Below are positions 26,854 to 38,620 of a DNA stretch of 64,000 nt, in pieces. The stretch's first letter is position 1. Each line of letters begins with the position of its first letter. The notes under the pieces were generated by a model. It worked only from the letters and a program-made list of their open reading frames with translations, was not told where the DNA came from and made no database searches. The DNA is from Hydrolagus affinis (taxonomy: Eukaryota), in the NCBI GenBank assembly GCA_012026655.1, contig JAAILG010000540.1, positions 1-64,000 of the forward strand. The letters are read 5' to 3'. The translations under genes were made by a program, and so were the position numbers.

Positions 26854-26992
26854 GTTACCAGCTTAGTTCTGCTGAATGTGTAGACATACGTTCAAATCAT
26901 GTCGTCTCTGAACACTACTGTAAATACTATCCAGAAAATAAAAAACCCAAACCTAAACTACAGGAATGCAATATGGATCATTGCCCTTCCAG
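26854..26992 (+). CDS. ADAMTSL3: exon 8: (G)YQLSSAECVDIRSNHVVSEHYCKYYPENKKPKPKLQECNMDHCPS(S)
   Basis: cgcttag|GT...TCCAG|gtatgt; 139 nt, phase 1-2. Confidence 0.95.
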
Positions 26993-27062
26993 GTATGTTT
27001 ACAGATGAGCACTGCTGTCAACTTGGCTTAATAACATTTCTTCGAAAGTAAATGTATTTGTT

Positions 27063-27175
27063 ATAGAGCCACAGAAATTTATAGCACAGAAGAAGGCCAT
27101 TCGGTCAGTTGTGTAAGTGCTGGCTCTATTTAAAGAGCAATCAGTGTCCTGCTTACCTGCCTTTCCCCCATAGGG
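27063..27175 (-). mobile_element. CR1 LINE 3' tail fragment
   Basis: AGAAATTTATAGCACAGAAGAAGGCCATTCGG...GCTGGCTCT...TTTCCCCCATAG. Confidence 0.7.
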
Positions 27176-27788
27176 TTGATTTACACCCATAGAATTTGCA
27201 ATATCAATCATGATCTATTATTTCCTATTCATGGGAAAACAATGTGTGTGTGTTTGCAAAATGTTGGGTAGCCTGCTGAGTTAAAAAAAAAAGGGCCAAC
27301 CTCCAGGTCATTAGGTCGCCACTAACCTGTCTTGCTACTCAATACACAAGGAGTGACCTAACTATTTGGTAGTTAACTATTTCTTTAGTGAGCAGGAAGC
27401 CAAGTTTCACTTAAGCCAGCTGGCTTCCTGCCCACATTTGGGGATTTCTTTGGTAAGCAGATCTCAGGTATCCAACCCCAATCATCCTAAAAAGAACCCA
27501 CATTGTAACAAAATGTATTATTAGCAGGATTCTGCTGCATATGCCATTTCTACAAAAAATGCCCCCCATTCGCGACTGCTGAACCAAATGGACCACTTGT
27601 GCATCTCTCGACTTTCACCCTTACACTTTTGTACAGCATATTTATGTTAATATCAAGAAGCAGACAATTTTGTTTTCACACTATAGTACAGCGCATTGTA
27701 ATATTGTATTGTAAAATGTAACTGTACAATTGAATTTCTAAACATGCTTGTAAATGTTTATTTAAATGGTGCTTATTCTCTCCCACAG

Positions 27789-27839
27789 TGATGGTTTCAA
27801 ACAACTTGCAATTTACGATCATTTTCAGCCACTTCCTCG
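27789..27839 (+). CDS. ADAMTSL3: exon 9: (S)DGFKQLAIYDHFQPLP(R)
   Basis: cccacag|T...CCTCG|gtaggt; 51 nt, phase 2-2; matches human SDGFKEIMPYDHFQPLPR as recalled. Confidence 0.92.
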
Positions 27840-27994
27840 GTAGGTATAGCTTCAGATCGTCTAAAGTTGTGAGAAATGTAGAATTTGCATAATATGTTCA
27901 GTTAGCAAGTCTCAAAATAACAATGTGCTGCATTATACAAATAACTGAATGTATGAATAAGTTACTTCTGAGATCTGGGAACAAAACATTTAAA

Positions 27995-28226
27995 GAAACC
28001 TGATTGGAACCTGGTTGTCAGTCGATCACTTTCCAGGGGTAATTATCCTTTAAGAAAAAATTATTTTGAACACTCAATCTATGACTGTTTCTCGGACACT
28101 GCTGTGTGCAGTTCGCTGCAGCATTTGGCCCACAAAATGTACAGTCAATTCACTTGATAGTATATCTTGAGGTGTCTCAAAGCACTTCACAATGTAATAG
28201 GATGCTATATCAAATGCAAAGATTAA
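27995..28226 (+). mobile_element. SINE, 5'-truncated, with an internal micro-inversion
   Basis: GGACACTGCTGTGTGCAG...CCCACAAAATGTACAGTCAATTCACTT...GCTATATCAAATGCAAAGATT. Confidence 0.8.
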
Positions 28227-29320
28227 TTTTCCTGAAGAACATGTTAGATTACTCTTTCATTTCTCACAACCTTACAAAATTGTTTTGTAACTGCTGTGAT
28301 TTACATTTCTGTTAACAATCTGAAATAATCAGTTAAAACTCCTTTTTTCATTTTTCTCTTGGTTTACAAGGCGATGACAAGCTTGTTAGAAAGGCTTAAT
28401 AGGAAACCTCAGCCAGATCCTTCAAGTAGCTGCGACCAATTTTCTTTCAGTTGGTTGCTTTGCCATTTAGCTGTTTGAGGAACTCCTTATTTTTCCTGTC
28501 TTCGCCTTTTCAGGAAATCAGTCAAATTCAATTTGTTTGTGCCCCTAATTGAATTAATGCATTATGCTGTTTGTTTCTATTTAAAGTCTTACTGCGGTGT
28601 TGCCTGTGTTTTTTTTACTGTTTGAAAAGTGAGTAGATTATTAATGTACTGCCTAGAGGCAGAGACAATTTCCAGGATTCCCTGATACTGCTGCTTTGCA
28701 ACTATTTTCAGATGTTTTGCAAGTTTACGATTTCATCGGTACATCTTAAATGAGCTTGGGCTTCATGTGATTTATTTGGCAAACGATTTTTGCATCATTT
28801 AACTTGAAAATAAATGGTGACTTTTGACATCCCACATTTCCTGCTGTGTTTAGAGGTGTTTACTGTAGATAGAGAACAATTGATTTATGAAGGTTAGTTT
28901 GTTTGTGCAATAAAAATAAAGTAGGAGTTTAGAATTCATTAATTGAGAGGCTGTTCGTTACATAGTATTCTAAATTGGACCATGTCGCTGGATATTTGTT
29001 CATCCTAGATAATGCTTCTTAGCTGTCCACTATATTTGTTGCGCAAGATTGTACAATATTTAATGGTATAAAAATAACCTTATGTAACCGAGTACAGTGA
29101 AATAATGCTTTTATACATCTATGTTACTGCTAAACAAAACACGCAGTCACTACACTTTACAGTATATCCCATGAAGCGCTTTGAAACATCTCCCCAAGGT
29201 GAAATGCGCTATAACAAATGCAGGGATGAGCTTGGTGGCTCCATATTTTCCTCACAACAACATTCCATCCTTGAGGATGTCTTCCGACCACTTATTTACT
29301 CAGGTTTTTTTTCTAACCAG

Positions 29321-29525
29321 CTGGGAGACCAACCCTTGGACTGCGTGTTCTATGTCCTGTGGGGGTGGAATGCAAAGACGAAGTGTCTCTTGTATTGAAG
29401 AGAATATGTACGGAGAAATTAAACAGGTGGAGGAGTGGAAGTGCATGTATGCATTGAAACCACAGTTAGTCGAAACCTGCAATCTGTTTGAATGCCCAAA
29501 GTGGAGAGCCATGGAATGGTCACTG
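29321..29525 (+). CDS. ADAMTSL3: exon 10: (R)WETNPWTACSMSCGGGMQRRSVSCIEE...CNLFECPKWRAMEWSL; TSR
   Basis: taaccag|C...CTG|gtaaga; 205 nt, phase 2-0. Confidence 0.95.
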
Positions 29526-30252
29526 GTAAGAAACCCAGCCCTTTTCCGCTTCACTCTACTGTTTTTCCTGATGAATTCTAATGCAGGTGCATAAACGTAA
29601 GCTTGGATGATACTTTATTTTAAGTGCCCCCTGTTCAATGTTTTTATCATGCAAAACTTAAACCTTTGTGAAGTGCATCAGTGATGCTTGATACATATAG
29701 CTGGCCACTGCACTGGCCAGTAACGCTCCCTGTACATGCGCGCAGTGCGCAGGAAGTGACCTGACAGTCCAGAAATTGGCTGATATTTGTGATGTGAAGC
29801 AGGTTAGTCAGTTAGTTTGGGCATACAGCAGACAGCAGTGAGGCAATGCTACAGCAAAAGGCACTATAACAGGGTTCCCTTGTACGTACAATAAAAATCA
29901 CATTAATCATTTCAGTTGGGAGCGCAATATTCAATATAACTTGCGCAAACTGTGAGTCTTAAACAAACTATGCTGTTTAAAGTCCAATTTAATCAATAGA
30001 CAATTATATGATAATAATAATAATCCTTGCAGTCGATATAGCACTTTTCACGTCTTCTCAACGTCTCGAAGCGCTTCATAGTCAGTGTATCTATTTATCT
30101 GAGAAAAACAATAAAAACTTAACTGTTCATGTGCAGCATTTGTAACATATTTAGGGCCCTACTGTGATTATTGATTTAACTACCCATATGAGTCTAACCT
30201 TTGTATTTTTATAAGCAAGAAGCTGGTAAGGTTCTCTTTTGTTTCGTTATAG

Positions 30253-30400
30253 TGCACAGTAACATGTGGTCGAGGTCTGCGCTATAGAGTCGTATTGTGT
30301 ATAAACCACCGAGGGCGGCATACTGGCGGATGTAACCCACTGCTAAAACCATACATAAAAGAGGAATGTACTGTGCCAATTCCATGCCATAAAACCAAAG
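30253..30400 (+). CDS. ADAMTSL3: exon 11: CTVTCGRGLRYRVVLCINHRGRHTGGCNPLLKPYIKEECTVPIPCHKTK(E); TSR
   Basis: gttatag|TGC...AAAG|gtaatt; 148 nt, phase 0-1. Confidence 0.95.
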
Positions 30401-30964
30401 GTAATTTATGCAACAAACTGTAAGTTCCTAGGCGATGGACTTTATTGTATTTCTGCTCAAAGGTAAAAAAAAAACTACTTTTTTTTTTGGATGGTACAAA
30501 AAATACCTAAATGGGAAGTCAAATCAGCAGATTGGGGATCGAGGCAAGAGATCAACCTCAAGGAAGTGCGTACTTGTAAATTTTTTGAAACTAAGTCGTC
30601 CATGTCGGCAAATTTAATTCCTACCAAGTACAGCTCTATATGTGGCCAATGAACTGCAACACCGGTAAGTTACTGAAACACCTTTCATAGAAATCCAGAG
30701 ACCGTGTTCTTCTACTGTTCTAAGCCAGTTCTAAGGGGGAGAATACTCTCCATAGATGCAAATCGAACAATCTGGTTTTAAACCAGAATCTAGAGGAAGG
30801 AATTTCTCTCTTGCCTAATAATATTTTGCACATTTAATATAGAGGAAGTAGTGCATTAAAATGGCGTGGAAAAAATGTGTTCCTTATTGAATGATATTTA
30901 AATTAATATTGCTTTCATCGAGTCTGGGGACCTATATGTTTGATTTATGCTTTGGTATTTCCAG

Positions 30965-31049
30965 AAAAACTTCCTGTGGAGGCTAAAATACCCTGGATTA
31001 AACAAGCTCAGGAACTGCTGGAACCCAGAGCAGAATCTGAGGAGCCAAC
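30965..31049 (+). CDS. ADAMTSL3: exon 12: (E)KLPVEAKIPWIKQAQELLEPRAESEEP(T)
   Basis: tttccag|AA...CCAAC|gtgagt; 85 nt, phase 1-2. Confidence 0.94.
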
Positions 31050-31324
31050 GTGAGTTTTTAAGCTTTCGTTTTTACATTTATTTTCTGCATAATGCTGCAT
31101 CTGTTCAGCCATGACGCACTTTTGTGCAGGGAAAGTGCCCATAAGAGACTGGAATTTGTGCAAATATACATTGGACTTTGTAAAATTACTGGAAACTTCA
31201 CCATTGTATTTCAAAGTCACTCAGGGGACGGGAGGGGCCGGGTGGTGGATTATGGGAACAAACATAATTTTTTTATTTAACCAGAAAAGGCCATACAATT
31301 CTTCCACCTTCGAGGATTTTTCCT

Positions 31325-31590
31325 ATAAAATACAGTTTACAGTAAATCCTGTGAAGCACTTTGAGACGTCCTTCACATGTGAAAGGCGCTGTATCATTGC
31401 AAAAAAAATCCTTTTGTTATCAGATCACATCAGAGTATCAATGTATTGACGGAAGTGTAATTAGCATTCGACGCACAAAATAAACAGTCACTGAAATTTA
31501 CAATATATACCGTGCAGTGCTCTGAGACATCTGAATGACGTGATAAGGTGCGACATCAAATTCAAGGGTGATTGCTATTATAATTATTAT
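31325..31590 (+). mobile_element. two SINE/L2 tail fragments in intron 12
   Basis: TGTGAAGCACTTTGAGACGTCCTTCACATGTGAAAGGCGCTGTATC and CTGAGACATCTGAATGACGTGATAAGG. Confidence 0.7.
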
Positions 31591-31640
31591 AAGCTACTCT
31601 GTGGGCTGTGACGCTTATTGTTCACTGGTATCATTTACAG

Positions 31641-31936
31641 GTTTATTCCTGAGGCCTGGTCAGAGTGCAGTACCTCCTGCGGAGCTGGCAACCAAGTGCG
31701 CGTCGTGAAGTGCCTTGTTTTTCTCTCGTTCTCTCAAACAGAAGAGGAGCTTCCGGATGAAGAATGTGAAGGAGCCAAACCGGCTGGCGAGCGGGCCTGT
31801 AACCTAGGACCTTGCGACAGTTTCACGGTGTTTTCCGAACCCGAAGATTTCCACTACGGCGACAACAATGAGATGGAAGAACAGTTGGATTGGGAGTATG
31901 AAGGCTTCACCCCGTGCTCAGCTTCATGCGCAGGAG
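31641..31936 (+). CDS. ADAMTSL3: exon 13: (T)FIPEAWSECSTSCGAGNQVRVVKC...DWEYEGFTPCSASCAG(G); TSR
   Basis: tttacag|G...GGAG|gtaacg; 296 nt, phase 2-1. Confidence 0.95.
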
Positions 31937-32665
31937 GTAACGTTGAAACTTTCCAGCAACAACTGTGTGATGATACCTCCTTTTTTTAAAAAAAAATTGT
32001 GACCACCCACCCCCCACCACCCACCATCCGACCAGAAAGTATCTTAGCTGTGAATTTCATTAATTCTTCAATTTCATTAATTCTGCTGGGTGGAATACAA
32101 TACGCAATTCTAATACAAAATTAGATTTGTATAGCGTCTTTGACGTCGGGAGGATGTTCCTCGGTGCTGGACATTCAGAGATTTGGATTCCAGTCGGGGG
32201 CTGGCTGATTGGGATAAGGGAGGTTGGAGGGTAGGAAGGTGGCTGTATCCTGTAATTGGAAAGCATTTTACCTCCACAAGGAAGAATAACCTTTCAGCAG
32301 CAGCGACAGACCCGTGGTGTAAGCATTACCATTTCTCAGCTAATACTGGAGCTGTATTGAAGCATTTCAAAGAGTCTAGCCCAGAAGGGAGGAAACTACA
32401 TGGTAGTCATTGCAGAAGAACAAATAATACACTGTATACAACCCAAATCTATGCATTACAGTACATGCATTGGTGTCAATGTTTAACTCTAGGTTTAGAT
32501 GTCACAGAAACTGACATCAAAATGTGACTCACAAAATCATATTCAATCGTGTGGCTGATTTATTATGTGTGCTGGACCAAACTGTGCATAAGTTACCATT
32601 GTGCTACGAACTGAACCTGTCTGTGTGATTCTGATTCCTGAACCGTTTTTTGTTTTAACTGTTAG

Positions 32666-32795
32666 GGAAACAAGAGACCATAGTTGTGTGTATTAATATG
32701 CAGACACACGAAATTATGGACGACCGATTGTGCGATAGCTTCAAACGTCCACCTGATATGGTTCGGGCCTGCAATGTTGAGCCTTGTCCTCCCAG
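32666..32795 (+). CDS. ADAMTSL3: exon 14: (G)KQETIVVCINMQTHEIMDDRLCDSFKRPPDMVRACNVEPCPP(R)
   Basis: ctgttag|GG...CCCAG|gtatgt; 130 nt, phase 1-2. Confidence 0.94.
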
Positions 32796-32884
32796 GTATG
32801 TGCTTGTCTGCAAATCTATCAAAAGAGAAAAAAACGTTTAAAAAAAAATCTGGAAGCCTGGACTATGCATTTTTCCCTGAACTG

Positions 32885-32902
32885 TAGAGAGAGAGAGAGA
32901 GA
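32885..32902. repeat. (GA)n microsatellite
   Basis: Direct reading. Confidence 0.9.
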
Positions 32903-35889
32903 TCTCAGCACTTGTGTTTTAGTCACTCTCCTGATTCAGATATAGGAATCCTACCAAGTTTTATTCTTTCTCATTATGCTACTAGACGTGATGGTCCTAA
33001 TCTTATTTATGAAGCAAATCTACAAATTGACTGCTTCTGACTGACAACTGACCAACCAACAATGTTGACGTACAAAAAATTACAAAGCCAAACAATTGAG
33101 AGACATTTGAAACATTACAAATGACGCTTGATTCTGAACAACCAACCATATGTCAACAAATACAATCCCTCCACTTTAAAGAAACCTTGTGAAATATTTT
33201 GAGATGTTCTCGGCAATGGACCATATCAGCAAGGATTATTCTTGTTATTGATGGGCACCCTTTCATTATATGCGTATGTTAACCATCTCTTCCAATATGT
33301 ATTGCGTCTTTCTACATTTAAATCCATCTGCCGTACCTCAGGCTTTTTAAGTCCAGCTTGGTTAACATCATCTTGAGTGCTATTCATCTCCATTACGTTT
33401 TCAGCCTGGTCTGTTATCACCAGCAATTCCTATAATAATGCATGAAGTTACTTTCCTCCCAAGATATTTACGAATAGTATGAACAGCAAGGGATCAGACC
33501 AGGTCCCTGGAATTTCTGGTTATCTTTGTCCCGAAACAAATTCCTTCAGTTATTCTCACTTTCTGAGTAATTTTTTTATGCAAAAATCCGAATTGTGCAC
33601 ATCAAATTGTATTAAATTGCATTAAATTGAGCAATGCTATTATGATAAGACATGATGATAGCACTCACTGTTACTTCTATAGCTATTGAAATGCCCTCAA
33701 AAGAAAGTAACATTGCTTGTTTAATAACATACAGAAGTAACTTCTAACCAACACTCACATGGTTAACGTATGTAATCCAATGTGTGTATATACCCATCAT
33801 GTCAGAAAAGGTTTAGTAAATGTTTTTCTTGTGTCTGCAGAGCGTAAGTGATGACACACAGATTTGTAAATGAACCGTGTGGTTGAGTTGAAAGATCACT
33901 CGTAAAGTCTGCATGCTCATGTCTCTCCAGATTTGAGCATATCTCAGCAATCATGCATCGTTAGATCCACACATTGGTGGAAGATTTCCAAATGAAAGAT
34001 GCAATAACCAGCAGGGGCTTGGGATAAAATGACATGCTTTCACTGCACCTAATATTTCTAAAGCTGTTTCATACATATTAGGATTGCATATTACAGCAAA
34101 TCTGTACAGTACACAAATTGCCTGCCGTGTTATACTACAAAATATGCAGTTTATACATGTTGTAGTGTGCCCTGTGAAGTACTTGGGGTTGTCCTCCTGA
34201 CATGAAAAGTGCTACATTAAATGCAAGGATCGTTTTTTGTATTGGTGAGATAAAAAGGTGTTCAGGCATTCTGAAAATATTAGTGAGAAAGGAAGGATCT
34301 CCTGGTATAATACCGTCTCACTGTATATTAAAATTAAAAGAGAAACTTGTTTTTTTTGCTAGCTATTTTAAAATATTATGGGGCTGATTTTGAAAGGGGG
34401 AAATGCATTGAAGAACTGAAAATATTGGGAATATTTGTTTGTGCCAAAGGATCAAAGACATTCTTTTTTTGTGATTCCAACCCATGTTTATACTGCTGGA
34501 AGTGAAGTGAAGTGATTTTGATTCCAACAGTAGAGTGAGGTGGAGCAGAAGCACTCACTTCCCATTGAATTCATTCAGGCTGTAACAAGAAAAACAAATT
34601 TGGGAGTTCTGCATGCAGGGAAGCATATGTGGAAAATATTAAAGCCAAGGTCTCGCTCTCAAATCACGCTAATCGTCCCTGGTTTATTAAAACACTTTCT
34701 GCACGTAAAGACAACATTATATGATGTATGTTGTCATGAAGTTTCCATTATGATTTAATTTAAGAGCTTTGGACTAGTAGGTGGTGCTGAAACCTACGAG
34801 ATAAAAGATTGGTCACATGAGCCAAACATGACAGCAGAGCCTTATTTAAATCTGTCATTGAAAAATGGCACAAAACCTACAGGGATATTTCTCATCCGTT
34901 TTAAATACTATACACAGAATCACATTTACTATTCTCTTCCAAATATTTAGGGTCAAGAATAATTGTTTGTCTCTGCTAGTGTACCTTTTCGTTGTTTTAA
35001 AGTAAGCCAAATCGAAGTTTAATATTATTTTAAGTCAAATGTTATTTTATTTATGCTGATTTAACTTGCTGATGGATGTTAATTACTCATTGCTCCCTAT
35101 ATTTTTTTTGTTTGAATTACTGCACATTTGGCTTGAGTAAATTGAAACTAGCTCCTTCTTTTTCCAACTTTATTGACGTCGCTATATTTTAATCTTGCAA
35201 CAGTAGCTTAAACTGGCCATGATGTGAGGGTAATGATGAAAGGATCTTCTGATTTTAAAAGTGAAGGGTAATGTTTTCTTTTGAAGATGAAAATTGAAAC
35301 AGATGATCCTCATAAATCCAGAATCAGACACTGCCAGAATTGGAAGAAGAATCAAATAACAAAAGAATTCTTCTTACAGGAAAAGACAACTGCATCCAAT
35401 ATGAACAGCTCTTCTTTGATAGTCCTGAACCCCACATACTTGCCTTCTCATCAAACCCCTGAAAGTCTTCTCCTTGCAGAAACATATTGCTTGAACATAT
35501 CACTTGAACCCATTTATTGTGTCTGCTTCAATGGTAGCTTATTCCCAAATTCTGTTGTCCTTTGGTGTGATTCTCCAGGTGTATTTTTGTTACATTTAGA
35601 AGTGCACTTGCTATGGTATTTCTTATTATAAAACCAGATTGATAAAGCGCACTTTTTGTGTAACAAAGTTCCACCGAATTTCCCTTCTTATTCCCTTCCA
35701 ACATACGATTGCCTAGCACATCACCTGGGAGCCATGGTTTCAACTCTTGCACAGAGAGAAAAAAAATTCCAATAATTAATAGGCACAACGCACTGAAAAT
35801 CACTTTGATAAAAATAAGAAATATGCATTATCAATCCAAATTTATACTGTGAGTGTAGAAATGTGCAGTGTTATACCTTAAGTTAGGTA

Positions 35890-35960
35890 TTTCAGCGCCT
35901 TGGGACGTCCTCCCAACGTGAAAGGCGCTCTAGAAATGTAATTTTGTTGTTGTTGTTGTA
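35890..35960 (+). mobile_element. isolated L2 3' tail
   Basis: TTCAGCGCCTTGGGACGTCCTCCCAACGTGAAAGGCGCTCTAGAAATGTAATTTTGTTGTTGTTG. Similar tails occur near 20390, 32110 (-), 34170, 44160 and 57700. Confidence 0.8.
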
Positions 35961-36639
35961 AGATGTAGATAGAAATGAACAGAAAGGAAAGAGGTTGCAG
36001 TTTGGCTTGAGTGAATCGCACTAGTTGCAATTGGTGCAAAGTAAACATTGTAAGATCTTAGCTTAAAGCTTGAAATGTTGTAGACTAGTTTTAGCTTTTC
36101 TGATATTAACGAAGACCTGATATGTCAGCAGCTTTTCATTCAGTTCCTTTTCTTCTTGGAGCTTACCAGGGTAAGCTTGCCAAAGCATATAATGCGTCAT
36201 GATTTTGTAGTATTCAACAATAAAGTTCAATTGAGTGCAACTCAGTGGACAACAGACATTCACAATTCAAATCTTAGACTGATGACAATTGTACTTTGAC
36301 TTCATGCTCATTGGAAATTAGATTAAGATTAATCGCATTTAGTTAATTTGTGATTCTCAACGAGAATCCAACCCGATTATGAAATATGATCAATTTCAGT
36401 CAGTTACTTGCTGACGTGTTTTGAACTTTATACAGCTGTAGTCTGAAGGAACCTTGTTTTTCATCACTTGAGTAGTGACATTGTGCTTTCGGCTGCTGCC
36501 AGGCTTCTTTATGGATGGATTTTCTTGGTGTTTTTTTGCTGAATGATACAGTCCTAAGAAACGCACATTATTCAAAATCCCGTCAAATCCAGATAAAGTT
36601 ACATCAACGAGGTACAATGGAACAGACGTTTATTTAACA

Positions 36640-37420
36640 ACTTTTTCAAAGGATTTAATCAATTCAACATAAACTGCTTTGGCTGGGAGTCTGTTCTACA
36701 GGGCCACACTTGCTGACAGAAAGCCTATGTACGTCCTTGAGATCTGGGTTCACAGTCAAACAGTTTTAAAGACCAAGATCAGGTTTCTATGCCCCTCGAT
36801 TTTCTTTTCTTCAATAAAAAAGAACTTTAGTTTTGTGAGTCTCCCATGAAAACTTAAGAGCTCGGTATTCCCAAATCATCCTCCTTGATCTTCACTCAAC
36901 CTTCACCAATGCATCAAAGTCCTTTTTGACGGCAGGGTGCCCAAAGTTGCACAGAGTTTTTCAAATGTGGTCTTGCCAGTAATCTATACAAAGCTAGAAA
37001 AACACGGTTTAACTTGTAGTGAAATGTCTTTAGATCCATACTGGTATTTGATTAATTTTGTTGATAGCAGCTTCACACTGACTGAAAACATTCAGTTTAT
37101 GATCACTCATCGCACCCAGATTCTTTTCCTCCTTGATCTTTGCTAATGTACATTGTTTCATCACATCCCTAGGTTTTGCTTTTTCCCATTTCTACATGCA
37201 TTACTTTCCATTCATCCACATTAAAAGTCCCTCTGCTGTTACTTAGCTAATTACCATAATTGTTTCAGATCACGAATGCCATTTGACCTCCTTGTAATTA
37301 CCACACAGTTTGTCATCAACGACAAATTTTAGAATGAGAAGGTACTCTCTGAGTCATTTATATTTATGAATTGTGTGAATAACAGGAAATTCAGAACCCT
37401 TGTAGAAATTTACTCATCAG
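36640..37420 (-). mobile_element. old, heavily decayed CR1-like LINE remnant
   Basis: Scattered motifs typical of antisense CR1 RT/3' region (CCCAAAGTTGCACAGAGTTTTTCAAATGTGGTCT, CATGCATTACTTTCCATT, TTTGTCATCAACGACAAATTT, GAGTCATTTATAT); no ORF. Confidence 0.5.
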
Positions 37421-38095
37421 TTTTACTTCAGGCTTTATAATAATTGTGGATAATTTAACATTATCATTTATGATGCCAGCTAATCTAACCTTACATTTCA
37501 TCTGCATTTTATTGTCATTTTTTAAAAATATTCAGATCTCAGCAAAAACACAGGCTAATTTTATATGTTTTTTTAAAAAGAAATCGATGAGCTTGTACCA
37601 AAAACAGTTTCCACAACTAGGAAGCAAAAAAAAATCGGAGTGTTCCCTTCTTGCGCATGGTGAAACGATGCAAAATTAAAATACAGGGTAGTTGGATTTC
37701 TCTTCAACACAGCTGCAGAGTTTAGAAAAGTGAGCAGGGAATTCTGTTCATAAGTTACATGGAAATTCATCATTTTCAAAAATAGGATTCCTTAATGGCC
37801 ATCTGTGAGATCAGGCTTGACCTTTATCTCTTTTTTTCCTACAATGAATGTGAATCAAGTCTCCAGAGGTAAAAAGCTAGCAGTGTATATAAATATCTTG
37901 GCCAAGAGAACCACCCAGCAATATATTTCATCACAGGGCTGTTGTTGATTATAGCTTCTATCGCAAATTATCAGCATCTGATTAAAATAAAGCTGGTTTA
38001 ATGGGAGCCTGGGCAAACTAAAACCTGAAGCTGTAAATAACGTTCCCCCCACAAGTGGTAATGTTCTTTACTGTGTAATTTCTTCTACTTATCAG

Positions 38096-38306
38096 ATGGA
38101 ACACAAGATCTTGGAAACAATGTACTGCTACTTGTGGAGTTGGAATACAGACAAGGGATGTTTTCTGCATACGTATAGTAGCACATGCTGCCGATGACAC
38201 CGCTATCGTTCCCGATGAAGAATGCTTGGCTCCCAAACCCTCTGAACTTCAGGCCTGTAACCAGTTTGACTGCCCTCCATCATGGCACAAAGAAAAATGG
38301 CAACAG
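38096..38306 (+). CDS. ADAMTSL3: exon 15: (R)WNTRSWKQCTATCGVGIQTRDVFC...LQACNQFDCPPSWHKEKWQQ; TSR
   Basis: ttatcag|A...CAG|gtaagg; 211 nt, phase 2-0. Confidence 0.95.
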
Positions 38307-38369
38307 GTAAGGTAGCTTCAATCAAGTGTTTGTAGGAAGAATACCAAACTGATATCACAAGCCCGTTGT

Positions 38370-38620
38370 GGTTAATCATTTGGATGAGATGTTAAATGTG
38401 AAAGTTCAGGTGGTTGGCACACTTGAAAATAGAAGACAGTTTCTCTCGGTATCCTGGCCTACAATCCTCCAGATAAAACTGGTCATTTACTGTATGACAC
38501 TGCAAATGGGCAACTGCGCTCACCCATAGATTATACACACACTATGCTTCACAGTAAATCCTGTGAAGCGCTTTGTAATGTCCTCCCGATATGAAAGACA
38601 CCGTACCAAATGCAAATATT
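38370..38620 (+). mobile_element. degenerate Deu-domain SINE fragment with L2-like tail
   Basis: TTTGGATGAGATGTTAAA...GGTATCCTGGCC...TGTGAAGCGCTTTG...AAATGCAA; similar to 45888-46308. Confidence 0.55.

Noticed and set aside
29301-29320. Alternative acceptor 17 nt upstream of exon 10
   Set aside because: It would shift frame and has a weaker pyrimidine tract; nothing supports its use.
29700-29765. NRF1/ETS-like cluster (CATGCGCGCAGTGCGCAGGAAGTG) as an internal promoter
   Set aside because: Imperfect motif with no CpG island; more likely a decayed palindromic repeat fragment.
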